From: Histomonas meleagridis 2922-C6/04-290x
Lineage: Eukaryota; Protista; Parabasalia
Assembly (NCBI GenBank): GCA_020184695.1
Contig: JAANOX010000007.1
Coordinates: 1-64,000, forward strand
Direction: 5' to 3'
Length of the DNA: 64,000 nucleotides
Of the stretch, positions 21,749-33,407 are shown piece after piece. The position numbers were made by a program, and so were the translations under genes. Within the stretch, counting starts at the first letter, position 1; each line of letters opens with the position of its first letter. A model generated the notes under the pieces. The model saw only the letters and a program-made list of their open reading frames with translations, had not been told where the DNA came from and did no database searches.

Positions 21749-23380
21749 TTATTCTTCAACATGTAAGCCCATTTTAAATGTACTTCCATCTTTATTTTGT
21801 ATCTCAAGTTCTTTCGGTTCCAATAATTTCCACTCATACCACACATAATCCTCATTTCCCTTTCTTTCAATTTCCAATTTTATTACATCATCTGGAAAAA
21901 CTTTAATTTGCTCATGAAGCGGCAAATATATTGGGTACCAACTACTAAAACCATTTGCTTCATCTTCGAGTGGCGAAATTGATATTTTCACATCATCGAA
22001 TAATTCTGCTTCAAACCAACCACCGAATCCGCACAACATTCCCTCATAATTTACACAAAACTCGATAACTTTTTTCATATATAACTCACCACAATTTGGA
22101 TGATGAAACTCAAAACATTTTTTACATTCAGATAAAAAAATACATTTCGATAAAGGTATAATACACATTTGATCGAACATTTTTTCTGATTTCGCATAAC
22201 TCCACATAAAATTCGACATTAAAGGTACTAAGAATGATGTATATTTCATTGGTATTGATATCGCATTTGGACTTAAAAATCGTTCGCAGCCGATTAAACA
22301 TTCAGGTGATAATTCATTATCTCCAAACCCGCCCAATAATTCACTCACCAATATCTCGACTTTCTTATCAACGTTAACAGTTCGCATATCGCCTTCTATG
22401 ACTTCAACTGTTTCAGGCCATTCTTGTTCTTTCCTTAATTGGAGTAATCGCGCAGCAATTGGATTCTTTTCAATAGCTATGATATGTTTAGCACCTGCTG
22501 ATAATGCAGAATCAACAATTGGACCACGACCTGCTCCTACAATAGCTATAAGTGGTGAATGATCGAATTTGTGAAGTGACTTCGATATGGCGGTTTTGTA
22601 AAGTGAATATTTGATTTTATCAGATTCGAAAGATTCGTAATGAGTGGATGTTAATTGTTGTTGAAGTGGTTGAAGAAAACATTGAAGTTTAGTAAGATAT
22701 GGGTTGGGTGGGTTCTTAAGAAAAAGATCACAGAAATGATGATAAAGTTGAAGATCTTCATTACTAATTGGAAATTGAAATGTAAAAATAAAAGAAGTGT
22801 TAAGGTACATATGTGATAATAGTTCATATTCACATGATAGTTTAATGGATAAATCAGATGAAAAAACATTTTTGGAATTAATCACAAAATATGGTGAGTT
22901 GACAGTACGCCAAATTGGATTGAATGTGGAAGGGCAAATACCTAAATTTGTTACGTTGTCGCATAAATTTGCTAGTTCGATATAAAGTGAATAGTCATCA
23001 CAAATTGCACAATAAATAATCTCTTTGTCACTTAAACGTGGCTTAAGGATGTCGGCAAATTTGTTGACATTAAATTTATCTAAAGTAAATAAGCGAATTG
23101 AAAATCTTAAATAATCACTAAGTTGGATTGATTCTTTATTATTCAAGTCAACGATTATTGCTGATCCTTCAAGTCTGCTACAATATCTTAAAAATTCGCA
23201 ATTTAAATTTTTTAGAATATTCTGATATTTAAAAACTGGTCCGAAAAAAATTTTTTTATGTTGAAATATACTATAGTTTTGAATGTAATCATTTATATCA
23301 TCATATATTACATATACTTTTGGGAGTGTCAACATGTAGATTTTAGGGTGTCTTGTGCTGCAACCGGTTAAAAGTGACAT
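21749..23380 (-). CDS. PRMT5: Protein arginine N-methyltransferase 5 (type II PRMT, Skb1/Hsl7 family)
   Basis: LQPLQQQL..YESFESDKIKY, VGAGRGPIV, ILVSELLGGFGDNELSPECL, SIP..Y, SWYPIYLPL, VWYEW. The true start may be the second Met (23335), because the first ATG overlaps a TCACTT initiator motif. Confidence 0.93.
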   Translation of the reverse strand: MSLLTGCSTRHPKIYMLTLPKVYVIYDDINDYIQNYSIFQHKKIFFGPVFKYQNILKNLNCEFLRYCSRLEGSAIIVDLNNKESIQLSDYLRFSIRLFTLDKFNVNKFADILKPRLSDKEIIYCAICDDYSLYIELANLCDNVTNLGICPSTFNPIWRTVNSPYFVINSKNVFSSDLSIKLSCEYELLSHMYLNTSFIFTFQFPISNEDLQLYHHFCDLFLKNPPNPYLTKLQCFLQPLQQQLTSTHYESFESDKIKYSLYKTAISKSLHKFDHSPLIAIVGAGRGPIVDSALSAGAKHIIAIEKNPIAARLLQLRKEQEWPETVEVIEGDMRTVNVDKKVEILVSELLGGFGDNELSPECLIGCERFLSPNAISIPMKYTSFLVPLMSNFMWSYAKSEKMFDQMCIIPLSKCIFLSECKKCFEFHHPNCGELYMKKVIEFCVNYEGMLCGFGGWFEAELFDDVKISISPLEDEANGFSSWYPIYLPLHEQIKVFPDDVIKLEIERKGNEDYVWYEWKLLEPKELEIQNKDGSTFKMGLHVEE

Positions 23381-23568
23381 AAAAAGATTTTACAAAAAGT
23401 GTCATTGCCCACAATAAAAACGATCAATAAACTGATCAATTTTTCATCGTAAATTATTCAATTCTGCGTCGAAATGAACAAATGTAATCAATCACTTTAC
23501 TCGTCATTATACAAGTGTGTAAAAACATTTCAACGAAAAATAATAATATATTTTTACTCAATCCGATA

Positions 23569-26500
23569 TTAAATAATAATCAAATCTTCATCCGCAGTTA
23601 TATCTCTTGTTTGTACAGAGTAAAATGCAATTGGCTGACCCAAAGTTTCTTCCAAATGATTTCTACAAATATCTTCGCACTCGGCTTCGCAACCCGCTTC
23701 AACAATGATCATTTTGGTCGACAAATAATTTCTCGAGATTGCATAGTTCACCAAACATTGATATATTCTATTCTTCTCTTTTCTGAATTGACTTTTACCC
23801 GAATTTATTCCGCCATTTTTCAGTGTTATTGTTGTGATAATATTATACATTGTTTTATCTTCAATTTCGAGATTAATTTCGAACTTGCCAACAGGTGTTA
23901 AGAACCGATAATCGAATCTTTTACCCATTTTATATTCGACTACATATACACATGAGTAAGGAAAATAAATTGTGTTCGCTTCATAACTCTTTTCACATGA
24001 TGTTAATATAATATAATCATTTGTTAATATTAATTTAAGGATTTGGTCACGCGCAAATGGTATTAATCGAGGTAAATAATAATCATTTCCATAAAATCGT
24101 TTATAAACTTGCAAAAAGTTTGATTGAAATATATGTTTCGTAAATGATCGAACACTTTTAACTTTAACTGTTGTAATATATAATACACTACTAGTATTTT
24201 GATTTAATATTTGTGTAATGATTTTGGTTTCGGTTAAGTTGACGATAGAGTTTACAAGGAGGACGTTTATTTTTCTGAGGACTTGATCGGCTTTTATGAA
24301 TTGGTCGTTAACGTTCACCTTAATTGAACTAATTATACGTAAATCATCCAAATCTTTATTTGAATACTTGCAGAGTTCGTTTAAGAAAAATGAACAATAA
24401 TTTAACCAATGAATAGGATAAAATACTAAAAGCAAATTATTTAACAAAGGTACCACAGAAGAAATTGAATTATTGTTATTTGACATTAAATATTGTGTTA
24501 CTTCTTTATTTAAAGTATGTTCAATTATATCAATTATTTTTGCTTGTATAAAATCGACATATTCACTATAATCAATTGTATTAAATATATGTAACAAATG
24601 ATGTAAAGAATTTGCAAAGTTTAATTCATTTAATGATTTCTTTGTTAAAGTTTCATTAATAAATAATATTCGATTAACCACATTTAACACAAAATCCCAT
24701 GAAAAAGGCGCTTTAATAGTACAAAGACCTTTTAATATGTTTAATGATTCTTTCGATTTCGCAGTAATTTCCAATATACATTTAAAGAAGAATTGTCTTT
24801 TCCAAAAGTTAAATAAAAATTCTTTACATTCGTTATCAGTTGATAAAGCAAATGGTTGATCTTTAGGTTTAAAGTCGACCAAATTAAATGGCACTTTTAA
24901 TAATGTTTTAATAGCATTAATGTTATTTGATTTAGCAGCATAATGTAATGGATATAATCCTTGTGCATCTTGTAAATTAACATTAGCGTTATGTTTTAAT
25001 AAATATTTTATTATCGAAGTATTACCTTTAATTGCTGCATAATGTAATGGTGTTAATCCATTCTTATCACTCGAATTTATTATATATCCATTTTTAATAA
25101 GTTTTTTAATTTCAGTTAAATTGTTTTCATTTACATATGTTATTAAAGAATTCTCGATTCCATATGAATGTAATTGTGATATACAATTTTGATGATTATT
25201 TTCTATTGCATAACTTATTGGTGTTCTATCATATTTATTTTTAGCATTTAATATATCTTTATATGTGGGATCTAATGTTTTTAAATATAATGTTAATATT
25301 TGTATTGATCCTTCTTTACAGATTAAATGAAATGGATTATTACCTTCTTCGTTTACATCGATTAATGAAACATTTGAATTCTTTATGATTTTCTCTATAA
25401 TTGAAATCATTGAATCATTAATCATATAATGTAATACTGTATTACCTTTATTATCTTTTTGACTTATTACGAAATTATCAGTAATCAAATATTCAGCTGT
25501 ATTATAATTATTTGAAATTGCGGAATAATGTAATGGCGTTCGACCTAATGAATCTTTCGAACTTAAGAAATCATGATTTTGTTCAATTATTTTTGTAATT
25601 AATGATGAACTTCCGATAGCTGCTAAATGTAATACTGTAATATTTTCAACTTTTTCATCATCGAAATATTGTAATGATTCAATAAATTTATCAAATTTCG
25701 GATTTATAAGATTTAATATTGGACAATTTGTTTTCAAAAATGGAATTTCTTTATTTGGTAAATTATGTTCTTTAAATAAATTTTTAGCAATTTTGAAATC
25801 AATTGTTAATAAATGTTTCGAATGTTTTATTAACATAACATTTTCTTCAGGATTAATAGAATAACTTAATGAAAATGGTGTAAACCCACAATTACATGCA
25901 AGATCATTATCTGAATGTTTAAGGATATTAATTGATTCTGTATTTCCTGATAATACTGCATACATAAGTGGTATCATTCCATTATTATCTTTTTCATTGA
26001 TTAATAATTTGGATTGTGAAAGTACTTCTTTAAGTAATAAAATATGTCCACTTGCTGCTGAATAATGTAATGCTGTTGCACCACGTGAATCCTTATGTTT
26101 AATATCACATTTTTGGGATTGTACTAATAACAATGCTTCTTCAAACATATTTCGCTTAATTAAATGAATCAATAAATTGTCACCATCTTCATCACTATAT
26201 GATGGCGATGTGACACGCTTAACAAGATTAAAGGTTATTTGGTTATTCCCTAAATCTGCTGCTAAAAAAGCAGCTTTTGTTGTTTGCTCTTCAGAGGCGA
26301 ACGTTTGTATCGTTTCAACGGTTTTTGCGGATTTTGATGTGACTGCAACTTCAAGTGGAGAAAGTCCATCAGAATCAAGAGCATTTGTAGATAAACCAGA
26401 AAGAATTAAGTAATGACAAATAGAGTAATAACCTTTAGATGCTGCTACATGAAGTGCAGTATAATTTTTTGGACCAGCAGTAAGATTTAAATTTTTGGAG

Positions 26501-27180
26501 GCAGTGGATTGATGAGATTCAACAAGGTATGTAACAGCTAATAGGTTTTGTGATAAAACAGCTGAATGTAATGAAGGCAATGCTCCATATTGTACTAGTA
26601 ATTCAGCAATTTCATTATGACCTGAAATAATAGCAAGATCATATGGAGAAGTAAATTTAAGTCTTCTGTGGTTAAGAAAAACATTAGATTCTGCACCAAG
26701 AATTAAATCATCAACGGAGTTGATCTTGTTTTCCAAAAGAAAACGAACCGCATCAATTTGTCCATAATAAATTGCAAAGTGAAGCGCACTCCATCCTTGT
26801 GTAGAATAATCATGAAATATTTTTAATGATGTTTGATAAAGACGAAGAAGATTAACATCACCTCGTTGAGCTGCAATATGAGCTGGTGTGATTTTTTTTA
26901 TGTTTTGGAAATGAGTTTTTGGAAAATGATTTACAACAAATTGAGTAACTTCTCTAGCAGAAGCCCATGCTGCATAATGTAGAACAGTGTTCCCGAAGTA
27001 ATCAGTGATTAACATTGCTTTTTCCCCTGCTTTTGCCAATACAATAATTAATGGGTCAAGATCATTTGTTGACGCCCAATGATGAAGTATAGTTGCACCT
27101 GTTTCTGGAACTATTTTTAAATCTGCGAGGTTTAATTCTTCTTCAGATGGAACATTGGGTTTTTTGGTATGAGTTGACAT
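23569..27180 (-). CDS. Large ankyrin-repeat protein (1203 aa)
   Basis: Many canonical, uninterrupted ankyrin repeats (GNTVLHYAA, GWSALHFAI, GATALHYSA, GLTPLHYAA, GLYPLHYAA) followed by a non-repeat C-terminal region. Confidence 0.92.
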   Translation of the reverse strand: MSTHTKKPNVPSEEELNLADLKIVPETGATILHHWASTNDLDPLIIVLAKAGEKAMLITDYFGNTVLHYAAWASAREVTQFVVNHFPKTHFQNIKKITPAHIAAQRGDVNLLRLYQTSLKIFHDYSTQGWSALHFAIYYGQIDAVRFLLENKINSVDDLILGAESNVFLNHRRLKFTSPYDLAIISGHNEIAELLVQYGALPSLHSAVLSQNLLAVTYLVESHQSTASKNLNLTAGPKNYTALHVAASKGYYSICHYLILSGLSTNALDSDGLSPLEVAVTSKSAKTVETIQTFASEEQTTKAAFLAADLGNNQITFNLVKRVTSPSYSDEDGDNLLIHLIKRNMFEEALLLVQSQKCDIKHKDSRGATALHYSAASGHILLLKEVLSQSKLLINEKDNNGMIPLMYAVLSGNTESINILKHSDNDLACNCGFTPFSLSYSINPEENVMLIKHSKHLLTIDFKIAKNLFKEHNLPNKEIPFLKTNCPILNLINPKFDKFIESLQYFDDEKVENITVLHLAAIGSSSLITKIIEQNHDFLSSKDSLGRTPLHYSAISNNYNTAEYLITDNFVISQKDNKGNTVLHYMINDSMISIIEKIIKNSNVSLIDVNEEGNNPFHLICKEGSIQILTLYLKTLDPTYKDILNAKNKYDRTPISYAIENNHQNCISQLHSYGIENSLITYVNENNLTEIKKLIKNGYIINSSDKNGLTPLHYAAIKGNTSIIKYLLKHNANVNLQDAQGLYPLHYAAKSNNINAIKTLLKVPFNLVDFKPKDQPFALSTDNECKEFLFNFWKRQFFFKCILEITAKSKESLNILKGLCTIKAPFSWDFVLNVVNRILFINETLTKKSLNELNFANSLHHLLHIFNTIDYSEYVDFIQAKIIDIIEHTLNKEVTQYLMSNNNNSISSVVPLLNNLLLVFYPIHWLNYCSFFLNELCKYSNKDLDDLRIISSIKVNVNDQFIKADQVLRKINVLLVNSIVNLTETKIITQILNQNTSSVLYITTVKVKSVRSFTKHIFQSNFLQVYKRFYGNDYYLPRLIPFARDQILKLILTNDYIILTSCEKSYEANTIYFPYSCVYVVEYKMGKRFDYRFLTPVGKFEINLEIEDKTMYNIITTITLKNGGINSGKSQFRKEKNRIYQCLVNYAISRNYLSTKMIIVEAGCEAECEDICRNHLEETLGQPIAFYSVQTRDITADEDLIII

Positions 27181-27755
27181 TTGGGGGTGTCTAAATTATA
27201 GAAAATAAAGTTCTTAATATTTTCTTGCAAGAAACATATTGAAAAACACATATTTATCTTTTATTTCATCCATAGTGCATGAAAATATATATAATTTATA
27301 AATTTGAAAAATTTAATAGAATTTTTTTCTATTTTGTTGAATTATTATCGCAGTATTTATATTTTAAATAATGTATTATCCATTTTTTTACAGTTTTGTC
27401 AAAACAATGAACATTTTTAATTCAATCTAATAACGAAATCTGTATAAATTATAACATTTGATCGAATAATATTAAATATATAATTGATAGTCAAATCAGT
27501 AATTATAAATATATTTTCATTGATCAATTCATAATCGAGAAAAATACATTTTTTTTGATTTTTTTAATTTTCAATAGACCATTCAGAATTTCAATTCAAA
27601 AAATACCAACACAAATCATTTTGACAGCCATTCAAAGTCAAAATAACTGTCTGAAAGCAAACCGACATTTTATGTTCATTTTTTTGAACCATTAAAACCG
27701 ATCAAAACCGCCACCGTTAATTCAATAAATTATTTCATAAACTTTTATACAAATA

Positions 27756-29795
27756 TTAATTAAAGTATTTCATATCTATAATCGACAACATCTCCTTCAC
27801 CGGGTCACAAATCTCCATTGGAGTGAATGGGATTATCTGTGCCTCGTTTAAAGAATTCAAGAAACTATAATCGACGTTTTCATCCAAAGGTTCTTTTGTT
27901 TCCAAATCAAATTCTTCCACATCTTCCATATCATCTTGTTTAAATTCTTCGTTAGGGATTTCAAACAAATCTGTTCTCGGTGTTTCACTTTGTAACATGG
28001 AAAACAAAGAGCATTCCAACACATTATTATTTTGTTGTTGCTTTACGCCCCTTAACGGCTTCGCCGGTTTTCCCGGTTTTTTCTTAATTTTCACTTCACT
28101 TTCCATTTTTTTCTTCTTTTTCTTGTTATTTCTTTCCACTTGTCTTATAGCTGCAGTTTCATCTCTTTCTTCTCGCGAAGGTCTTGTATGTTTTTGAGGC
28201 GAAGACTTTTCTTCTTTTTTCTCGTTATTATTTGGCATGACTTCAGGCTCTTGAATATCAATTTCATTAAATCGCCAATTCATAAATTGTTGCGGCTCTT
28301 CAATTGTTGCCGGCGCGAAATCGATTGGAAGTAATAATTCGGTGTTTGGAAGTATCGAAAACTTTTCTCTTCTTGTCCGCTTCGATATACCATTTACATC
28401 TGATATTCCTGCGAATACTCCAACGTATGTAACTCCATCGCATTTGAACAACTTCACAACGCAATTTGGGCATAAACTACGTCGAAAGTTATGTATGAAT
28501 TGCGGATTGTTTTTACTTGTGTCAATGACTAAGTTTGTGCCGCATATGGAATATATACGATGATCAACGCCATTATCATAACAAAATTCATCAATGGTGC
28601 CAACAAATCCTTCAACAACTGCTATAAGTTGTTCGCCTTGTAATGGCGATTGACAATATAATTTACCATTTCGAACTTGCACATCTGATGGTAATGTAAC
28701 TTGTAGAATCTCTGTAATATGTTTAAGTTTTTCAAGTTCGATTTTCGCCGGATCACTACAATCAAATGGTGACATTGTACATGTATAAAGTGTTGTCGGT
28801 AATTCATACGGATGATAGATATCATATTTGGCTAATAAATCAAAGAGATAAACAGAAGTCTCTTGGTTAATCCCATATAAAAATTGTAAAATATAAAAAA
28901 CGGATCGAAAGAATGAAAATGAAACATCTCCACGACGTTTCTTTAACGAATTAAATATGATTAATGGATGCGTAAGATAAAAAAATGAACGCATCCTGTT
29001 ATATATGGTTTCAACAAATTGGAATAAACTAATGTCATGATCTAAGAAGTCGACCGTTAAGATGTTGATGTAGGGAACCGTTAAAATCGACGGGTGCATT
29101 TCGTTGATAACTTTCTGTGAAATATGAACAACAGGATTATCAATGGGGAGTGCAAATGGTAAATGAACATCTGGTGGTTGTGATGGTGTTCCGCCACATT
29201 TATAACAAACATGATTTTTGGTATAATATGGACCAGAATCAAGACCTTCACATTTCTTATGAACCCAATAACCACATTTGGAACATTGAATAAGAGGATA
29301 ACGGTAATTAAGATTATCTTCACACGAACATCGAATGTGTTTGTTAGAACAAATAGGACAGATGTATTTGTTAGGCATGGTGTTTTGGTTGATGTTAACA
29401 CATGCTGCATGTTGCCAATTTAAACATTTTTCACATTGAATCATAAAACCATGTTCATTTCGAATATTACAAAAACACCGTAGATTCCATGGTTCAGAAT
29501 CGCCACCTTGTTGTACTAATACTTGTGGAAGTGGACATTGAAATTTTGTATTAAATTTTGGAATTTTTGGTCGTCGTGTTGTAACAATTTTATTTTTGCT
29601 AGAACTTGGATTACTAGTCAGAAGGCGCTTAATATTGAAATATTGAGAAGTTTTATGAGTAAAAAGATCTTTAAAATCAACTGGTGGAAGTTTAGGGCCA
29701 GAACCTAAATCAATATTTTGGCTCCATACTTGATGCTCATCTTCTTCTACAAGTGAGATTTGTGGGTTGTCTGTCCCAGGTGGAGCACCAGACAT
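27756..29795 (-). CDS. PHD-finger protein with degenerate SET-like domain (Set3/MLL5/UpSET-like)
   Basis: Two PHD fingers (CFC..MIQCEKCLNWQHAAC; CSC..LIQCSKCGYWVHKKC). FIHNFRRSLCPNC resembles the RRSCxPN of Set3/MLL5 in place of NHSC. Confidence 0.75.
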   Translation of the reverse strand: MSGAPPGTDNPQISLVEEDEHQVWSQNIDLGSGPKLPPVDFKDLFTHKTSQYFNIKRLLTSNPSSSKNKIVTTRRPKIPKFNTKFQCPLPQVLVQQGGDSEPWNLRCFCNIRNEHGFMIQCEKCLNWQHAACVNINQNTMPNKYICPICSNKHIRCSCEDNLNYRYPLIQCSKCGYWVHKKCEGLDSGPYYTKNHVCYKCGGTPSQPPDVHLPFALPIDNPVVHISQKVINEMHPSILTVPYINILTVDFLDHDISLFQFVETIYNRMRSFFYLTHPLIIFNSLKKRRGDVSFSFFRSVFYILQFLYGINQETSVYLFDLLAKYDIYHPYELPTTLYTCTMSPFDCSDPAKIELEKLKHITEILQVTLPSDVQVRNGKLYCQSPLQGEQLIAVVEGFVGTIDEFCYDNGVDHRIYSICGTNLVIDTSKNNPQFIHNFRRSLCPNCVVKLFKCDGVTYVGVFAGISDVNGISKRTRREKFSILPNTELLLPIDFAPATIEEPQQFMNWRFNEIDIQEPEVMPNNNEKKEEKSSPQKHTRPSREERDETAAIRQVERNNKKKKKKMESEVKIKKKPGKPAKPLRGVKQQQNNNVLECSLFSMLQSETPRTDLFEIPNEEFKQDDMEDVEEFDLETKEPLDENVDYSFLNSLNEAQIIPFTPMEICDPVKEMLSIIDMKYFN

Positions 29796-29809
29796 TTAAA
29801 CCACTTAAA

Positions 29810-29815
29810 AAGTGA
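29810..29815 (-). promoter_or_regulatory. Putative Inr (TCACTT) for the PHD/SET3-like gene
   Basis: TCACTT about 15 nt upstream of the ATG at 29795, typical of short trichomonad 5' UTRs. Confidence 0.6.
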
Positions 29816-29966
29816 CATAAACTGTTTCTTTGTGGGTATGTGAACGTTTAAAAATAACAACAAAAAAGTTGTGCAAAACTGAATGATAAATACTTTTACG
29901 TGATTTAAGACATAGCCATGAATAATCTGGAAAGAATTAAGGGAAATGGTATGTTTATGGTTTATT

Positions 29967-30452
29967 TTAAAAGAGCGATGTTTTCTTCATAATATGAACA
30001 AATTCTTCATATGAAACTTCACCGTCACCATCGCGGTCTGCTTCTTGTATCATTTCTCTGAGTTCTTCATCGGTAAGATTTTCACCAAGTTCAATACTAA
30101 CACGCTTTAAATTCTTGAATGTAATTTTCCCAGTGTTGTCATCATCAAAAAGCCTGAATGCTTTCCGAATTTCATCTTCTGGATTTCTTTCTTGCATTTT
30201 CTTTGTCATCATTTGTAAAAATTGTGCAAAGCTAATTGATCCAGTTTTTTCAGTATCAACATCATTGATCATACGACGGATTTCTTCTTTTGTTGGATCA
30301 AAGCCAAGAGCTTTCATTGCAACTTTTAATTCTTTAGCATCAATTGATCCACTTCCATCTGTGTCGAAAAGATCAAATGCCTCACGTATTTCTTGGCGGT
30401 GTTCCTCTGAAAGTTCTTCCCTTGCTTTCACATCAGTTTTTGTTTGTGCCAT
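29967..30452 (-). CDS. CETN: Centrin (four EF-hands)
   Basis: [76 protein letters not shown] at 30452. Confidence 0.96.
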   Translation of the reverse strand: MAQTKTDVKAREELSEEHRQEIREAFDLFDTDGSGSIDAKELKVAMKALGFDPTKEEIRRMINDVDTEKTGSISFAQFLQMMTKKMQERNPEDEIRKAFRLFDDDNTGKITFKNLKRVSIELGENLTDEELREMIQEADRDGDGEVSYEEFVHIMKKTSLF

Positions 30453-30981
30453 TTTAATAAAATAAACGTACACCCACAATTTTTCTTGCACAAAAAATCC
30501 TTATAAATCACAGAGATAATGATAATAGCCCATAACTCTGAGAATCATTTAAGCAGTCAAACAGTATTTTGTTATAATTTGTTTAACGCTACAAAATTTT
30601 AAAATCATAATTCATATTATTCTTTAATTTTCAAACATTTAGTGTAGTAATATGTAAGAGGAACGTCCTTCTATTTGTGTTTTATTTTCCTTCGTTAAAG
30701 TGTTTGAAAATGTTTTTGGTGCTTTTGGCAAAAGATAACAAGGCACCATAAAAGGGCCCATAATTTTCAATTGAATTTTGGCCTTTCGCAAGCAGTATTT
30801 ATATTGAAAAAGTGATTCAGCTTTTGGCTTTATTGACTTTTGTTTGAGCATATCGGCATTTAAATACTTTATAGTTTACGTTCTATCAACAATTTGAACT
30901 GAGGTCTGGCAAAGATCGAAGTAAAATAGCCAAAATTCATACGAAAATTGAAATAAATCTGTGCGTTTAGCAAAAGCTAAC

Positions 30982-31707
30982 ATGGTCTCGACAAGCAATT
31001 CATTGAATAAGGACTGGATTCATGGGATTCCTACTCCCGATGAATTCATGGACGAAAATGATTGCTCTATCCATGACATGTACTGCCCAAGGTATGGTTC
31101 TATTAATGATGCTGAGCGTATTATGACCCATGACCAGCTTGCTGAGATAATGAAGGACACAAGCTTACACAGAGCTTTCAAGCGTTACTTAATTTTAGAT
31201 GTTAGATTTTTTTATGAATATGAAGGAGGGCATATTCTAGGTGCAAGACATATAAGAAATAGGTCTGAACTCATCAGCCTTTACAATTCTTTTAAGGACG
31301 TAGCAAATGAAACAGCAGTTATAATACATTGCGAATATTCACAAGAAAGAGGACCAAAAGTTTTTTCAATATTCCTTGAGCATGACCGTAATCAGAATCT
31401 TCAGGTTTACCCCAATAAGACATACCCATACATATTTTTACTCCAAGGCGGATATAAAACATTTTGGGAAAATCATCCAGATTTATGTCGGGGTGATTAC
31501 GTACCAATGCATCAACGAGAACACGTTGAAAACAAAGACATTCAAAGATGTTATTCATATTTCAGGAAATATATGTTACAAGAACAAAATTATGTCAAAA
31601 GGTCCAAATCCGCAATAATGAGTCAGAGCCCTTTCTTTCTTGATTTTCCCTTAGATCCGAACGAGTTTAATTCTTGTTCTGGAATGATTTCAAGCCAACC
31701 GGTTTGA
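30982..31707 (+). CDS. CDC25: Cdc25-like dual-specificity phosphatase (rhodanese fold)
   Basis: ILDVRFFYEYEGGHILGA, active-site loop HCEYSQERGP, and LQGGYKTF. First ATG at 30982. Confidence 0.9.
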   Translation: MVSTSNSLNKDWIHGIPTPDEFMDENDCSIHDMYCPRYGSINDAERIMTHDQLAEIMKDTSLHRAFKRYLILDVRFFYEYEGGHILGARHIRNRSELISLYNSFKDVANETAVIIHCEYSQERGPKVFSIFLEHDRNQNLQVYPNKTYPYIFLLQGGYKTFWENHPDLCRGDYVPMHQREHVENKDIQRCYSYFRKYMLQEQNYVKRSKSAIMSQSPFFLDFPLDPNEFNSCSGMISSQPV

Positions 31708-31965
31708 ATTAATGAAGCTAGTTTCAATAAATTTTTTTAATTAGCTTCCAATTTAAACACAATTAAATACTTTTGAGCTAATGAAATTATTCGAAATTTG
31801 TTTGTTATTGAAAAAACGGTTGTATTGGATGTGAAGTGATTTGGCGGTTATGGCATTTTTGATGGGCTTTGGACGTTTATAATTTTATCGGTCGACAGCG
31901 TTTTCTATAATTTTATTGCCATACATCGGGAACATACTTTGACCTGATAAAAAGTGCTATTTCCT

Positions 31966-32292
31966 ATGCAGCAACCAAAATTTGAAAACGACGCAGTTCG
32001 TACAATTACAGAACAAGCTATCCAGGAATGCCTTAAGAATCAAGTTTACGATCACTCTGCTGTAAACAAGTGGTCGAGTGATATATTGGAAAATACACTT
32101 CGTGCTCTTTGCGAGCGTTTCCAATCTTACAAATTTGTCTCTCAATGCCTTATTTTGCAAAAAGCTGGTGGTGGTCTTCATGTTTCTTCATCATGCTATT
32201 GGGATAGCAATAGTGATGGAATGGTAACAGTTCGTTGGGAAAATGAATCAATGCACTGCATCGTATCCATTTATGGACTTGCAGTTCAATAA
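31966..32292 (+). CDS. DYNLT1: Dynein light chain Tctex-1 family
   Basis: YDHSAVNKWSSDILE..YKFVSQCLILQKAGGGLHVSSSCYWDSNSDG..WENESMHCIVSIYGL. ATG at 31966. Confidence 0.93.
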   Translation: MQQPKFENDAVRTITEQAIQECLKNQVYDHSAVNKWSSDILENTLRALCERFQSYKFVSQCLILQKAGGGLHVSSSCYWDSNSDGMVTVRWENESMHCIVSIYGLAVQ

Positions 32293-32859
32293 AAAGTTGA
32301 CATTTTTTTTTTTGGAATCATAATATTCTTTTCATTGTTTTAATGTGTTTTTGCATTGAATATCTTCAAAAATCTGCTAAAGTGGAAGGAATATGCATTA
32401 AGTAATTTAGAAAAAAACAAAACCTGCGAATAAAAACTATTGTGAAATCAAAAAGCAAAAAAAAAATTTGATTTTCTTGCAAACTTTAACAGAAATTTGT
32501 ATTAGAAACCGATCAAAATCATTTCAAATCAAATGATCACCCGCCATAAATATTTGCACGTTTAAAATATGCTGGAGTTAATCGAATCGAATCGAAGCTT
32601 CACTTGCTAAAGGTAAGTAATTATTTATTCGCGAATTCATTTTACCTTTCAAACGACATCGTGTGTTGCACCTTTCTCAAAAAAATTTAAATATTTCATT
32701 ACAAAATTAACTTATCCAACCAATGACTTTGTGCTAAGATGAAATACGTACGACTTCACCTTTCTCACTTTTTGAAATGGTCTTATTGAATTTATTATAT
32801 GAGCTAATACAAAAACCTCCCCCACCCAACTTTTAGAACGATTCATACAACAGGGCACT

Positions 32860-33215
32860 CTAAGATTTTAACCGATAACACTTTTTGATGGTTAGAAATA
32901 TTTCATTTTTATTTATAAAGTCATCAAAGCCTTGCTCTATAGCAGGAAAGGAGTCTTCTGGAAATATTTCCAGAGCACAAAAAGGATCTCTATAATCATC
33001 ACATATAGAAGGATCTATTGGCTTTTCTGTAATCGAAGGTTTAGGATCTTGGATCTTTAATGGTGTAATAAAGCTTTGCTTATGAATAGCATTCAAAGGT
33101 TGATTTTGATCAGGTTTGATTAACCTTTGGAAAATCTTTTTTCGTCATCGTATGATATATATTTAGCTCGAATATGAAATTTAGGCATACCTGTTCGATA
33201 TGGTATTTTGGACAT
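32860..33215 (-). CDS. Small hypothetical protein (about 118 aa) with one probable homopolymer frameshift
   Basis: MSKIPYRTGMPKFHIRAKYISYDDEKRF joins FQRLIKPDQNQPLNAIHKQ... if one T is added to the TTTT run at about 33133. Confidence 0.45.
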
Positions 33216-33407
33216 AAATAAATAAAAATGAACTAATGTGGTAAGTCATTAAAAATTAAAAATGACACCATGAAAAATAACACCGATGTCAATTCGCTGG
33301 TATGTTTCTGTTTGGGTTTGACGTACCTCATAGAATTTCTTAATACTTTACATGTGTAAATTAATGTTAATGTAACATTTACAGTAAATTTCCTCACAAA
33401 AAATTAT

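Noticed and set aside
16587-29795. Functional cluster of chromatin genes (Ash2-like, PRMT5, SET3-like)
   Set aside because: They are interspersed with unrelated genes, and eukaryotic gene order gives no evidence of co-function.
30639-30851. Small ORF between centrin and Cdc25
   Set aside because: No recognisable family, and a second frame is equally protein-like. A gene cannot be supported.
33347-33389. Three consecutive short perfect palindromes left of the MULE
   Set aside because: The 6-7 bp arms are made almost entirely of A/T and are plausible by chance in this composition.
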